A stretch of DNA of 64,000 nt, taken from sequence record MK327943.1; one strand, written 5' to 3'. The translations under genes and the position numbers were made by a program. This document shows, one piece after another, positions 1-8,996 of this stretch (positions are counted from its first letter, which is position 1; each line of letters starts with the position of its first letter). The notes beneath the pieces are model-generated. The model saw only the letters and a list, made by a program, of their open reading frames with translations. It was not told the DNA's origin and did not search any database. This DNA is from Escherichia phage vB_EcoM_G53.

Positions 1-2214
1 TTATTTGGCCGCTTCCACGGCCTTCATGAATTTAACGATTTGAGCGACCTGTTCTTTGGAAAGAGTACCACGTCGTCCCATGTAGTCTGACACAATATGA
101 TAATTGGTTTCGAATTCAATAACCATTTTATCATCATTATCGTAAGCATTATCTTTAAGCTTATCGAAAATTTTAGCACACAATTCTAACTTCTTATTCA
201 GGTCTGTATTAGTAGCACCTGCGAATCGATTCCATCCCCAACGATTATTTACTGTTGAGAGTTTTGCAAAGTCTTTACTGATTTCTTTGTTCTTAGAGCT
301 AAAATACTTACTAAGGAAGTTAAGCTCTTCATTACGAGTAATATGATTCAAATAAGGCTGTGCTCTACGACTTGGTGATACATACTCATCATAATCCACT
401 TTATCGATTAGCGTAATATAGTCATTAATTGATTTTTCGAACAAGCATTCTACTTCACCAAGTTTACGAGCTTTCTTAGCAATCTGTGGACGAACTACAG
501 TGAACTCTTTAATACCTGACAAATCAGCAATACGGGTCAAGAAATTGGAGTCATAGTTCAACCAACCTTTATCTGCGTCAAGACATTCAGCATTAGAACG
601 ATTACGAACTATAGCATAACCTTGGATTTCATCAGCTTCACTCGCTGGAATAAAGAGATCTTCTGATACCCAAACATCGTTTTCATTCTTAAAGAACCGA
701 TGAGCACTCGGGGATTTAGGACGAGGCCCATTAGAACGAGTCTTGACTTCAATCCATGGCTTAACGATTTGTAAAAGCTCTGAAGTCTTGTACATGTTAA
801 TGTTGTCGCCATCAAAGATAACTTTAAGACGTTCCAGAAGTTTCATTGCATCTTCGTCTGTAGGGTCAACGAATAGTACGCTTTTACCAAAACCGCGTGG
901 AACTTTACCGGTTAATTTAACCTCGTCTTTAGACATTTCAATTGAATTAAGAGCTCGCATTAATGGAACGCGTCCCTTAACGTCGTCAATAACAATTTCA
1001 ACGTTTTTAATGTTAATGCCAATCAGACTGTTAATTGAAATAGTTGTCGATGAGCTACCACTTTCACGAATACGACGAAGACGAGGGGATTCAACGATAT
1101 CGTATACGACACCAAGATTACACCACTCAGGCCCCATTTTAAAACGTTTGTACAACTCAGAATAAGTTAGTTGTTCTTTAGAGTATTTCAGTGATTCAAT
1201 ATTAGACCCAGCCTTTTCCATGTATTTACGAGCGGTATAACCAAGAGAATCAATTTCACGGAACACATGACGCGGGTATTTACAATCAATCCATTTCTTA
1301 GAATCTTCAGCGAACAATTTAGCATCGATTTCTGCAACGCGTTTATGGATATTTGCTACTGTACGTTTATCAAATGACAATGCTTCACGAGACGGGGCTA
1401 CATCTAGTTCGCCCATAGGGAATTTAATATAAGCTGTAGTGCATCGCGTCATCATCCATGTTTGTTCTTTAATAACACTTCCGATTGGATATACAATACC
1501 ACCATAAACAGCCATGATATTACCACGTTCACCCCATGGAGCTTCCTTGGCCAAATATACATCGTCAAATTCAGGAAAGTATTTAATATCTTTAACACCA
1601 CGAACTTCTGCAATATCACCTAGAGGACGCATAACATATGCAATTTCAGATGCGAACTTTTCAAAATCTTCTGGGTTAACAGGCACAACTACTTCAACGC
1701 CGGTCCGGTCATCAGGTCCCATCTTATCTACGAAGGTTGGCTTAATCTGTGGACCCGTGTCATCTTGGTAGATTACGTAACCACGAACTTCACCGTTGTG
1801 ATAAGACGTAAGGTTAAACGTATCAGTATATGCTAGTGGAGCTTTAGAGCCGAGTCCGAATCCACCAATGAAATCGTTACTCGATGTTTTAGTTGAAGCA
1901 AAATATGAGTTATAGATTCCTGGCTCTTCGTCATTACCTCGAATGGTGAAATCGCTCATACCAGGACCAAAGTCTCGAACTACAAAACGTGGGTCTAAAC
2001 GACCTGGAGCCTGAACAATAAACTTATCGGTGCAACCATTAAGAATTTGTCCATCGATACAGTTTGTGATTAATTCACGTACACAAGCCAATTCTTTGTT
2101 TGTATAAAGGTCATTAGATAAAATCTTATAAACTTTGCTATTGCCTTGAATAGTGAATGCTGTGCTCTTACCACCTGAACCAATAATCGTTTCTTTAGCC
2201 GTTTCAATAATCAT
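1..2214 (-). CDS. rIIA: rIIA protein (lysis inhibition / membrane integrity protector), GHKL ATPase-like N-terminus
   Basis: 737-aa ORF with stop at 1..3; GHKL-type motifs (ELITNCIDG, DFGPGM, GGFGLGSK); position next to gene 39 as in T4. Confidence 0.8.
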   Translation of the reverse strand: MIIETAKETIIGSGGKSTAFTIQGNSKVYKILSNDLYTNKELACVRELITNCIDGQILNGCTDKFIVQAPGRLDPRFVVRDFGPGMSDFTIRGNDEEPGIYNSYFASTKTSSNDFIGGFGLGSKAPLAYTDTFNLTSYHNGEVRGYVIYQDDTGPQIKPTFVDKMGPDDRTGVEVVVPVNPEDFEKFASEIAYVMRPLGDIAEVRGVKDIKYFPEFDDVYLAKEAPWGERGNIMAVYGGIVYPIGSVIKEQTWMMTRCTTAYIKFPMGELDVAPSREALSFDKRTVANIHKRVAEIDAKLFAEDSKKWIDCKYPRHVFREIDSLGYTARKYMEKAGSNIESLKYSKEQLTYSELYKRFKMGPEWCNLGVVYDIVESPRLRRIRESGSSSTTISINSLIGINIKNVEIVIDDVKGRVPLMRALNSIEMSKDEVKLTGKVPRGFGKSVLFVDPTDEDAMKLLERLKVIFDGDNINMYKTSELLQIVKPWIEVKTRSNGPRPKSPSAHRFFKNENDVWVSEDLFIPASEADEIQGYAIVRNRSNAECLDADKGWLNYDSNFLTRIADLSGIKEFTVVRPQIAKKARKLGEVECLFEKSINDYITLIDKVDYDEYVSPSRRAQPYLNHITRNEELNFLSKYFSSKNKEISKDFAKLSTVNNRWGWNRFAGATNTDLNKKLELCAKIFDKLKDNAYDNDDKMVIEFETNYHIVSDYMGRRGTLSKEQVAQIVKFMKAVEAAK

Positions 2215-2226
2215 ATTTTTCTCTCA

Positions 2227-2427
2227 TCACAAGTTACGTTTAAAAATTTCTGCTACTTCAAGAAGTTCTTCTTTAGTAGCTGTATCGGTTTGTATTTTAT
2301 ATCGAATTTCTTTAAAGCGTTCTTTAAAGGACTCTGCTGATTCGATATCAAAAAATCTTTGGATAAGCCGGAATTCCCGGAGCACTGCTTTATCAAAAAG
2401 TTCCAAGTCCACGTTATATGTTCTCAT
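2227..2427 (-). CDS. small hypothetical protein at the rIIA.1 position
   Basis: 66-aa ORF directly upstream of rIIA on the same strand. Confidence 0.4.
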   Translation of the reverse strand: MRTYNVDLELFDKAVLREFRLIQRFFDIESAESFKERFKEIRYKIQTDTATKEELLEVAEIFKRNL

Positions 2428-2519
2428 AATATTCTCTTCAGTAGATTCCTAGGGCACTATTACTAAAGACCATATAATCTATCATCTTATGTGTAATAGT
2501 GCCTCAGGCTATTCAGGAT

Positions 2520-3620
2520 TTACGCTGTGAAGATTTTATCCCACATCGCAACAACTGCATCTCGATTATACTTCTTCCATACTGCTTCAGCACGTTTAAC
2601 TCGAGCTTCGTATGTGTCAGTGAATTCTAATACAGCTTTTGTGTAAAGCGCAACTACTTCTTTCTTAGGAGTAGAGGAATCAATTTCTACACGCACAGTA
2701 TCCGGGTCGTATTCGAATGTCGCATGAGGATAATCCTTAAAAACTAACTGGATTACAGGGACACCTTTAGAGATGGCTTCAATAGAACTATTCTCTACCG
2801 TACCTGTGTCAGGACACGTATTAATAAGTGCTTTAGCCGTTTTAAGACGTTCCATGATTTCACTGTGTGGAGCATCAATAATAACAGGATATTTAGCTGG
2901 TGGTGCCCATTTGCTTGGACAGTATCCTGCACCATTTTCGCCTAGTGCTTTAATCGCTTCAAGAGCAACATCAGTACGACGCATTTTAGTGTCATAACGT
3001 TGTGCACTAATAATCAAATCCGTCGCCGGAAGAACTTCAGGTTTCTCATTCAAACAAATAACCGGATAATCTTCGGCTTCAAACAACGGATTTGCTCGCC
3101 AATAATCATAATCAATTTTGTCAGTCAGACCTGAAGTCATATAACAATATTTGCGTTCAAATTCACGGAAGGCTTTAGTAGGAGCATAACTCTTACCACC
3201 ATTCTTATGAATTTGAATAGTCTGGTCCCAAATTTGAACAATGCCACGAGATACCGGTTCAAATGGTGTTGCCATAAAATTCTTATGAACTTTAGAGAGA
3301 CCTGCGTCTTTAATTGCCTGAACGGTTAGTTTAGTCGGTTCCATAGTAACAACAAAATCGTATTCATGGATGCCGGCTAGTTCAACAATCTTACGAGCCA
3401 TAGTATAACTCATACCTAGACTGAATTTTGTCAGATGACCAACAGGATGATGATTAACCTTCCAATCACCAAACGTGTCATTGTCAAAACCGATATAATC
3501 AATATCAGCACCGATGGACACAAGATATTTCAACACATTTAAATGTACCGCTTCAAGACCACCTTGTACACGTTCTGGGTTAAATGGGACTGCACGAGAT
3601 GGGATAAACATAACTTTCAT
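2520..3620 (-). CDS. GT-B fold glycosyltransferase, candidate DNA 5-hmC glycosyl(arabinosyl)transferase
   Basis: 366-aa ORF; C-terminal GT4-like E-x7-EA-x3-G-x-PVI signature (TGTVENSSIEAISKGVPVI); sits where T4 carries gene 60/mobA. Confidence 0.55.
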   Translation of the reverse strand: MKVMFIPSRAVPFNPERVQGGLEAVHLNVLKYLVSIGADIDYIGFDNDTFGDWKVNHHPVGHLTKFSLGMSYTMARKIVELAGIHEYDFVVTMEPTKLTVQAIKDAGLSKVHKNFMATPFEPVSRGIVQIWDQTIQIHKNGGKSYAPTKAFREFERKYCYMTSGLTDKIDYDYWRANPLFEAEDYPVICLNEKPEVLPATDLIISAQRYDTKMRRTDVALEAIKALGENGAGYCPSKWAPPAKYPVIIDAPHSEIMERLKTAKALINTCPDTGTVENSSIEAISKGVPVIQLVFKDYPHATFEYDPDTVRVEIDSSTPKKEVVALYTKAVLEFTDTYEARVKRAEAVWKKYNRDAVVAMWDKIFTA

Positions 3621-3625
3621 AATTA

Positions 3626-3665
3626 AGCCTTATTAAAATTAAAATGAAGCTCCCGAAGGAGCTTA
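3626..3665 (-). terminator. intrinsic terminator-like hairpin (UUCG loop) plus U-rich tract after gene 39
   Basis: minus strand aagctcc-ttcg-ggagctt followed by cattttaattttaat; 5' arm overlaps the gene 39 stop. Confidence 0.45.
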
Positions 3666-5480
3666 GGACATCCATTCTTTACGAAGTTCTGAATCATCAC
3701 CCATCAACATTTCAAAGAGTTCTTTCCAATTTTCAGGAAGTTTAACTACGTCGTACACAGGGTTCTGAATCATTTCACGATATTCTGACTTTTCAAGGGA
3801 GCCTAATCCCTTGATGTATCTAATACTATGCTTAGGCAGTGTATCTTTAACTTCTTCATACTCAGCTACAGTATAAAACCATTTTTGAGTTTTGCCAATT
3901 TGTGCAATAATTACAGGCGTTTTAACAAAGCGAATACGTCCTTGTTCAAACAATTCAGGCCAATTACTAAAGAAAGCAAGCAAAGCCGGATAGATACTTC
4001 CAAGACCGTCGTGATCTGCATCGGTCATAATTGCAATATTATGATAGTTCGTATTCTCTGCCTTTTCACCAAGAATAAGACCTGTGATAGCACAGATATC
4101 AAAGAGCTCTTTGTTCTTCATCATATCAGCATATGACATACCCCAGCTATTCATCACCTTACCGCGTAATGGGAATCCACCGTGTAGTTCACGGTCACGA
4201 ACATCAATGAGATAACCAATTGCCGAATCACCTTCTGTTAAAAACAATGTCGTATCTGCATCTTTACCACATTGGTTAGCTTTAATATGCTTATGAACCT
4301 TAGCTTTAGTTGCCTTTTTAGCTGCTTTAGTTTCTGCAGCCTTTTCTGCTGCCAATTTACGAGCTAATGCTGCTTCAACAATAGGCATAATCAAGGCTTC
4401 GTTTTTAAGAAGCGCCTGAGCAATTTTCTTAGCATCTAATTGGATATGATTACGAATATCACCATACGTTGACGTTAAACGTTCTTTAGTCTGAGAATCA
4501 AAACGCATGTTGCTCATGTCTCTAATAAACATCAACATTGTGAGGCATTCTTTAACACGAGCTTTAGTGACTTCAATACCCTTATATTTCTTTTTAATAC
4601 CCGGTAAAAGATGTTCGCAGATATCGTCCATTACACATTCAACATGATGTCCACCATTTTTAGTATGGATGTTATTCACATAAGTTAAATGACGGAAGCC
4701 ATCTGGTGATGTTGTGAATGCTATAGAGACTTTATCATTTTCTTGAATGATGTTATCTTCACCAAATTGTTTAGCAAATCGTTTAAAATTACCATCAACC
4801 TTTTTACCATTAAATGTGAACTTGATATCAGGATAAACGACTGCCAATGTTTGAAGTCGGTCTAAAGTAATATCTAAATAAATTTGAGATAAATTATGCT
4901 CTTCAAATGAAGAGAAATCAGGAGTGAAGATTACTTTAGTGCCTTTACCTTTAGATTTCTTAGAAGACCATGATTTGTTTTCCATTCCGTTTGAACAGTT
5001 AACAGTGATTTCATTTTCGCCATCTGACGTGATGCCTGTAAACAACGTAGAGAAGATATTAGTTAAACTACTCCCGACGCCGTTCATACCACCAGTCTTG
5101 CGTTCAGAGTCATCACCAAAGTTACCACCGGCCTTTGGAATAGTCCAGGCTGCTACAGGCCCAGGAATTTGTTCACCCGTTTGGTCAGTAACTAAACCTT
5201 GAGGAATACCACGTCCGTTATCTTCCACCAAAACTTGATTATTTTTAATTTGCACATCAATTTTATTTGCAAACTTAAATGATGTACGAATAGCTTCATC
5301 AACCGAGTTGTCAATAATCTCATCGATTAATTTAACCAGACCAGGAACATATTCAACTTGTTGATATTTACCAAACAAAAAACGCTCATGTGCTTCTTTA
5401 GCAGAAGAACCAATATACATACCACTACGTTTCTTAATATGTTCTACATCTGACAATACCTTAATTTCATTTTTAATCAT
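3663..5480 (-). CDS. 39: DNA topoisomerase II large (ATPase, GyrB-like) subunit, unsplit gp39
   Basis: 605-aa ORF; GHKL ATPase and TOPRIM-like motifs (VEDNGRGIP, GGNFGDD); T4 synteny. Confidence 0.85.
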   Translation of the reverse strand: MIKNEIKVLSDVEHIKKRSGMYIGSSAKEAHERFLFGKYQQVEYVPGLVKLIDEIIDNSVDEAIRTSFKFANKIDVQIKNNQVLVEDNGRGIPQGLVTDQTGEQIPGPVAAWTIPKAGGNFGDDSERKTGGMNGVGSSLTNIFSTLFTGITSDGENEITVNCSNGMENKSWSSKKSKGKGTKVIFTPDFSSFEEHNLSQIYLDITLDRLQTLAVVYPDIKFTFNGKKVDGNFKRFAKQFGEDNIIQENDKVSIAFTTSPDGFRHLTYVNNIHTKNGGHHVECVMDDICEHLLPGIKKKYKGIEVTKARVKECLTMLMFIRDMSNMRFDSQTKERLTSTYGDIRNHIQLDAKKIAQALLKNEALIMPIVEAALARKLAAEKAAETKAAKKATKAKVHKHIKANQCGKDADTTLFLTEGDSAIGYLIDVRDRELHGGFPLRGKVMNSWGMSYADMMKNKELFDICAITGLILGEKAENTNYHNIAIMTDADHDGLGSIYPALLAFFSNWPELFEQGRIRFVKTPVIIAQIGKTQKWFYTVAEYEEVKDTLPKHSIRYIKGLGSLEKSEYREMIQNPVYDVVKLPENWKELFEMLMGDDSELRKEWMS

Positions 5481-5502
5481 GTTGTCTCCTCGTTATGAAG
5501 GT

Positions 5503-5527
5503 ATTCTATCATCCGAAATCTAAAGCA
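5503..5527 (-). promoter_or_regulatory. middle (MotA-dependent) promoter candidate for gene 39
   Basis: minus strand TGCTTTA box, 12-nt gap, TAGAAT -10; followed by GAGGAG SD and the ATG at 5480. Confidence 0.45.
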
Positions 5528-5545
5528 AAAAGGGCCGAAGCCCTT
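5522..5545 (-). terminator. intrinsic terminator (UUCG tetraloop hairpin + U-tract)
   Basis: minus strand aagggc-ttcg-gccctt followed by ttttgcttt, immediately after the stop of the 145-aa ORF. Confidence 0.55.
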
Positions 5546-5981
5546 ATTTAAATTTAATTTTCTGAAGTGTATCAATTGCAGCTAAACGCCCTTGTTCACT
5601 TTTAACTGTAATGACCACATCGCCTGATACGATCACCGAACCATCAACAAATTCTATAGAGCCTTTTTTGAAATCGACAGCTGTATCTGGTTCCGGAACT
5701 TCTTCAAAGAATTTAAATTCTGCACCATAAATCAGAATATCACCTTGCATACTATGAATAGTTCGGCCATAATCACCTACGGCTTCTACAGCAATCACTG
5801 AAACACCATAACCAATCATCTCTTCCACAATAAAATCTTTAGACAATAAAGTAGTATGCAGATTAGTATTAAGACGTTTACCAGTCGTATTAAGAATTCT
5901 CAAGAAATTATCTTCCTGTCCTTTGATAATACGATATTTCTTACCAACTTCAAAACCTTTAAAAGACGTATTAAAAGCCAT
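5544..5981 (-). CDS. hypothetical protein
   Basis: 145-aa ORF between gene 39 and the Zn-ribbon ORF. Confidence 0.5.
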   Translation of the reverse strand: MAFNTSFKGFEVGKKYRIIKGQEDNFLRILNTTGKRLNTNLHTTLLSKDFIVEEMIGYGVSVIAVEAVGDYGRTIHSMQGDILIYGAEFKFFEEVPEPDTAVDFKKGSIEFVDGSVIVSGDVVITVKSEQGRLAAIDTLQKIKFK

Positions 5982-5983
5982 AA

Positions 5984-6163
5984 TTAACCCTTCTTAAGTA
6001 AGTCGTAAAAACCGCCGTTCACATGTTTAGGAGCAGAAACCCGACGAGTAGACAGACGATGACATTCAGGGCAAACATCGTTTTCTCGTTCAGAAATCCT
6101 TTTAATTTTTTCATATTCATGACCACAATCTTCAGATTGACATTTATAGTCGTATAACGGCAT
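5984..6163 (-). CDS. FmdB-like zinc-ribbon protein (59 aa), not in ORF track
   Basis: [18 protein letters not shown]...CPECH: two CxxC pairs; start ATG overlaps upstream stop (TAATG); stop 2 nt before the next ATG. Confidence 0.5.
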   Translation of the reverse strand: MPLYDYKCQSEDCGHEYEKIKRISERENDVCPECHRLSTRRVSAPKHVNGGFYDLLKKG

Positions 6164-6576
6164 TATTGTTCCTTAAAGTGAGCTTTCAACATTTGATACA
6201 AAGACCATGCCTGGTCGTTATTTTTGATAGTAATCGTCATCGCAGGAAATTCAGACAATTCGTCAAGTTCGCCAGAATCTTGCTCTTCAGACTCTTGATA
6301 TGGATTTCCAACTTCGTCAAAGAACTCTGCTTCATTCGTGGAGAGCCAGATAAAGTTTTCATCAAGAATATCACCACCTGTTGCGTATCCAACCATGCCA
6401 GTAGATGTCACAATTTTAGTAGGACGTCCAAGATGGTCAACATCTAATACTTTAAATGGTTCCATGCCAAGACGTCGTGCATAAATCCCATTATCAGTGT
6501 GGTCTTTAATAAACTCTTCTTGGGCACGTTTATCTTTAAATTGGTACCATGAGTTAACGCGGAATTTATTAGCCAT
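6163..6576 (-). CDS. hypothetical protein (start placed at MANKF)
   Basis: ORF 6163..6594; ATG at 6576 overlaps upstream stop (TAATG) with GGAAGGA SD. Confidence 0.45.
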   Translation of the reverse strand: MANKFRVNSWYQFKDKRAQEEFIKDHTDNGIYARRLGMEPFKVLDVDHLGRPTKIVTSTGMVGYATGGDILDENFIWLSTNEAEFFDEVGNPYQESEEQDSGELDELSEFPAMTITIKNNDQAWSLYQMLKAHFKEQ

Positions 6577-6803
6577 TAGTAAGTTTCCTTCCAATAAGTT
6601 GTACCATTTTCAGTGATTTCACGGAAGATACCATAGATAGGCATTTCATCACCGAGTTTTTCGTAAACGTAAACCACTTCGGTGTAGCATAAAAATTCAG
6701 TCCAGCTTTTCTGTACAACAACTAAATCAGGATTAAACAGAACATCTTCAAACTCATCGATGTTTGAATCAGTAGTTACGTTTTTAATGATTTGACGTTT
6801 CAT
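6576..6803 (-). CDS. hypothetical protein (start placed at MKRQ)
   Basis: ORF 6576..6848; internal ATG at 6803 has AAGAGGAG SD and lies downstream of the early promoter. Confidence 0.4.
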   Translation of the reverse strand: MKRQIIKNVTTDSNIDEFEDVLFNPDLVVVQKSWTEFLCYTEVVYVYEKLGDEMPIYGIFREITENGTTYWKETY

Positions 6804-6831
6804 AATATTCTCCTCTTGTTTTGATAGGTCT

Positions 6832-6860
6832 ATAGTATCATAGACCATAGTTGTTGTACA
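6832..6860 (-). promoter_or_regulatory. early promoter (sigma70-type)
   Basis: minus strand TGTACA -35, 17-nt spacer, TACTAT -10, followed by conserved AGACCTATCAA box. Confidence 0.5.
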
Positions 6861-7385
6861 TCATTTTAGCAAAATAAAATCAACTTGTTCTGCCAATGAA
6901 CGTCTAAACATTAATTGACAACTTCCGAGGATGAAATCAGGTGCTTCATAGACCGCGATGTAGTATCCTTTAGCTTTCAAGAGTTCAACATCCACCTGGT
7001 CATCAAACCATGCATAAACCGCGTCAACACTTTCAAATCCAAAATAGAACCCTTGAGCCCAATCTTCACTCAATTCAAATGTGTGCTCAATTCTATAGTA
7101 TCTTAAGATATTTTGTTCAAGGAGTTTGTCTTCATTTACTGTAGGACGATTAGGGACATTATAGTTGTCGCCGTGATGGTAGAAGTTACCTGAGAGTATT
7201 CCATGTTTATCAAGGAACTCCCATGTTTCTTCAGAGTTGTCGGTGCCCGACCAACCGTATGGCGAGCGAGGTTCTTTATTCCAAGAGGTTTCCCAAATTC
7301 TGACGGCTTTACCGTCTTCGATAGCAATTCCTGGTAATGATTCACGTTGAGTACAAAAACTACGTTCTACACGGTAAACTAACAT
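6861..7385 (-). CDS. hypothetical protein
   Basis: 174-aa ORF; GAGGAG SD upstream of ATG at 7385. Confidence 0.45.
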   Translation of the reverse strand: MLVYRVERSFCTQRESLPGIAIEDGKAVRIWETSWNKEPRSPYGWSGTDNSEETWEFLDKHGILSGNFYHHGDNYNVPNRPTVNEDKLLEQNILRYYRIEHTFELSEDWAQGFYFGFESVDAVYAWFDDQVDVELLKAKGYYIAVYEAPDFILGSCQLMFRRSLAEQVDFILLK

Positions 7386-7411
7386 ATTATTCTCCTCTGG
7401 TTGATATGGTT

Positions 7412-7440
7412 ATAATATCAAAACCGGAGGAGAAGTAAAC
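7412..7440 (-). promoter_or_regulatory. early promoter with spacer/5'UTR inverted repeat
   Basis: minus strand GTTTAC, 17-nt spacer, TATTAT; arm ctcctccgg in the spacer is complementary to ccagaggag carrying the SD. Confidence 0.5.
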
Positions 7441-7444
7441 AACT

Positions 7445-7864
7445 TTATGCAAAAGATGCTGGACAATATTTTTTGATTTGGAACTCAGGAACTACCATGA
7501 ACTGTCCAGCGAAAACGATGTTATAAAGCTTAACACCATCTTCTACCCATTGGTCCGAAATAAAACCAGCAACTTGTTTCGTTGTCCATGGAGACCCGTC
7601 AGTTGCAGCAGCAATAGTAAATTCATGGTCTTTTACAACTAAAACAGACCTGCACAGTTTCCATTTGAACGCACGTTCTTCTGGCTCAATGAACTGGCTT
7701 TTAACGTAACCAATGTTACCATCGGCGTCACGAACTTTAACTTCGTTACGTCCAAAAACCGGATCACTCACAGAAAGAACTTCAACCAACTTCCCAGCAA
7801 CTTTAGAGCGAGAAGCATCCGATACGTGTACATAATCACCAATAGAGAGATTTGCAATATTCAT
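7445..7864 (-). CDS. MotB-like protein paralog (KOW-like N-terminus)
   Basis: 139-aa ORF; N-terminal IGDYVHVSDASRSKVAGKLVEV and shared C-terminal DQWVEDGVKLYNIVFAG with the next two ORFs; T4 motB neighbourhood. Confidence 0.45.
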   Translation of the reverse strand: MNIANLSIGDYVHVSDASRSKVAGKLVEVLSVSDPVFGRNEVKVRDADGNIGYVKSQFIEPEERAFKWKLCRSVLVVKDHEFTIAAATDGSPWTTKQVAGFISDQWVEDGVKLYNIVFAGQFMVVPEFQIKKYCPASFA

Positions 7865-7873
7865 AATAATTCC

Positions 7874-8371
7874 TTAAGCTTTACGAGGAGACACATAGCG
7901 AGTGATTTCAGATTCTTCAACAACTCGGAAGTCACCTAAGAATACAATATTGTATAGCTTTTTACCATCTTCAACCCATTGGTCGCTGATGAAGCCGCAC
8001 ATAGTATCAGTTTTGCTTGGATAACCGTATTCGTCGATGTAATCAAATTCTTTATCGGTTATAAATTCAACGCCTTTGCAAAGGGCCCATTTGAACTGTG
8101 TAGTAGGCTCAACGATATCGCTTGAAGCAAAGTGTGCAGGTACAACTTCTTCGCTTGAAGCAAATTGGACTCGTATATGTTTTTCCAGGAATTTAGGACT
8201 TACGTAAGCATACTGGGCATCTTGTCCGCCAAAACTGGGGATGATTCGAACTTTAACTTCTTTAACACGTCCCATGCCGTTAGTACGAAGCCCTGCTACT
8301 TCAACCAGACGACCTGCAGCTTTAGAACGAGAAGCAGGAGATACACGAAGGATTTCACCAATATTAATCAT
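7874..8371 (-). CDS. MotB-like protein paralog
   Basis: 165-aa ORF sharing N- and C-terminal motifs with 7445..7864 and 8436..8930. Confidence 0.45.
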   Translation of the reverse strand: MINIGEILRVSPASRSKAAGRLVEVAGLRTNGMGRVKEVKVRIIPSFGGQDAQYAYVSPKFLEKHIRVQFASSEEVVPAHFASSDIVEPTTQFKWALCKGVEFITDKEFDYIDEYGYPSKTDTMCGFISDQWVEDGKKLYNIVFLGDFRVVEESEITRYVSPRKA

Positions 8372-8403
8372 ATTTTTTTCTCTCTTTGTTTAAGTTGAAA
8401 TTC

Positions 8404-8433
8404 ATTATACTCCATCCATCCTTGGATGTAAAA
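8404..8433 (-). promoter_or_regulatory. early promoter, member of repeated promoter module
   Basis: minus strand TTTTAC, 18-nt spacer with palindromic core (atccaaggatggatggag), TATAAT. Confidence 0.45.
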
Positions 8434-8435
8434 CA

Positions 8436-8930
8436 TTAATTAAGAATATTAACTACTGCACTACGTGGAACAACACTAAAATCACCAGCATGAACAACGT
8501 TCAGAAGTTCAACACCGTCTTCAATCCACTGATCAGTTACCCATCCACTCACTGGACCTGCGAACGGACGTCGAATTGAAACAGCTTTACACAACAAATC
8601 AGTAGGCTCAATAGGCTTAATCAGAGTACCGTACATACAAGCGATATCCATATCAATACAGATGTCTTTAACGGGTTCTACTTCTTCAATCAACAGTTCA
8701 AAGTCGGTGCTTGGAAGGGCGGCAGTAGAAATTGTACCGTATGAATTTTTAATTTCTAAGAATAACCAAGGGCCTTCAGCTTGTTTGATGAAGTTAACAA
8801 TAGTGAAACTATTACCTTGAGTGGCGCCTAAAATTTCACAAAACTTTTCATAAGCTCGCACTGAAGCACCGTACCAGTTGATTTGTTTTTCGTCTTTCAG
8901 GATGTAAGTAGCCGTAGTATTGATGTTCAT
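8436..8930 (-). CDS. MotB-like protein paralog
   Basis: 164-aa ORF; C-terminal GWVTDQWIEDGVELLNVVHAGDF matches its two neighbours. Confidence 0.45.
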   Translation of the reverse strand: MNINTTATYILKDEKQINWYGASVRAYEKFCEILGATQGNSFTIVNFIKQAEGPWLFLEIKNSYGTISTAALPSTDFELLIEEVEPVKDICIDMDIACMYGTLIKPIEPTDLLCKAVSIRRPFAGPVSGWVTDQWIEDGVELLNVVHAGDFSVVPRSAVVNILN

Positions 8931-8962
8931 AATGTTTTTCCTGTTTGGTTAAGATAGATTCA

Positions 8963-8992
8963 TTATACTCCAACCGTCCTTGGTTGTAAACT
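8963..8992 (-). promoter_or_regulatory. early promoter, member of repeated promoter module
   Basis: minus strand GTTTAC, 18-nt spacer (aaccaaggacggttggag), TATAAT. Confidence 0.45.
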
Positions 8993-8996
8993 GGTT

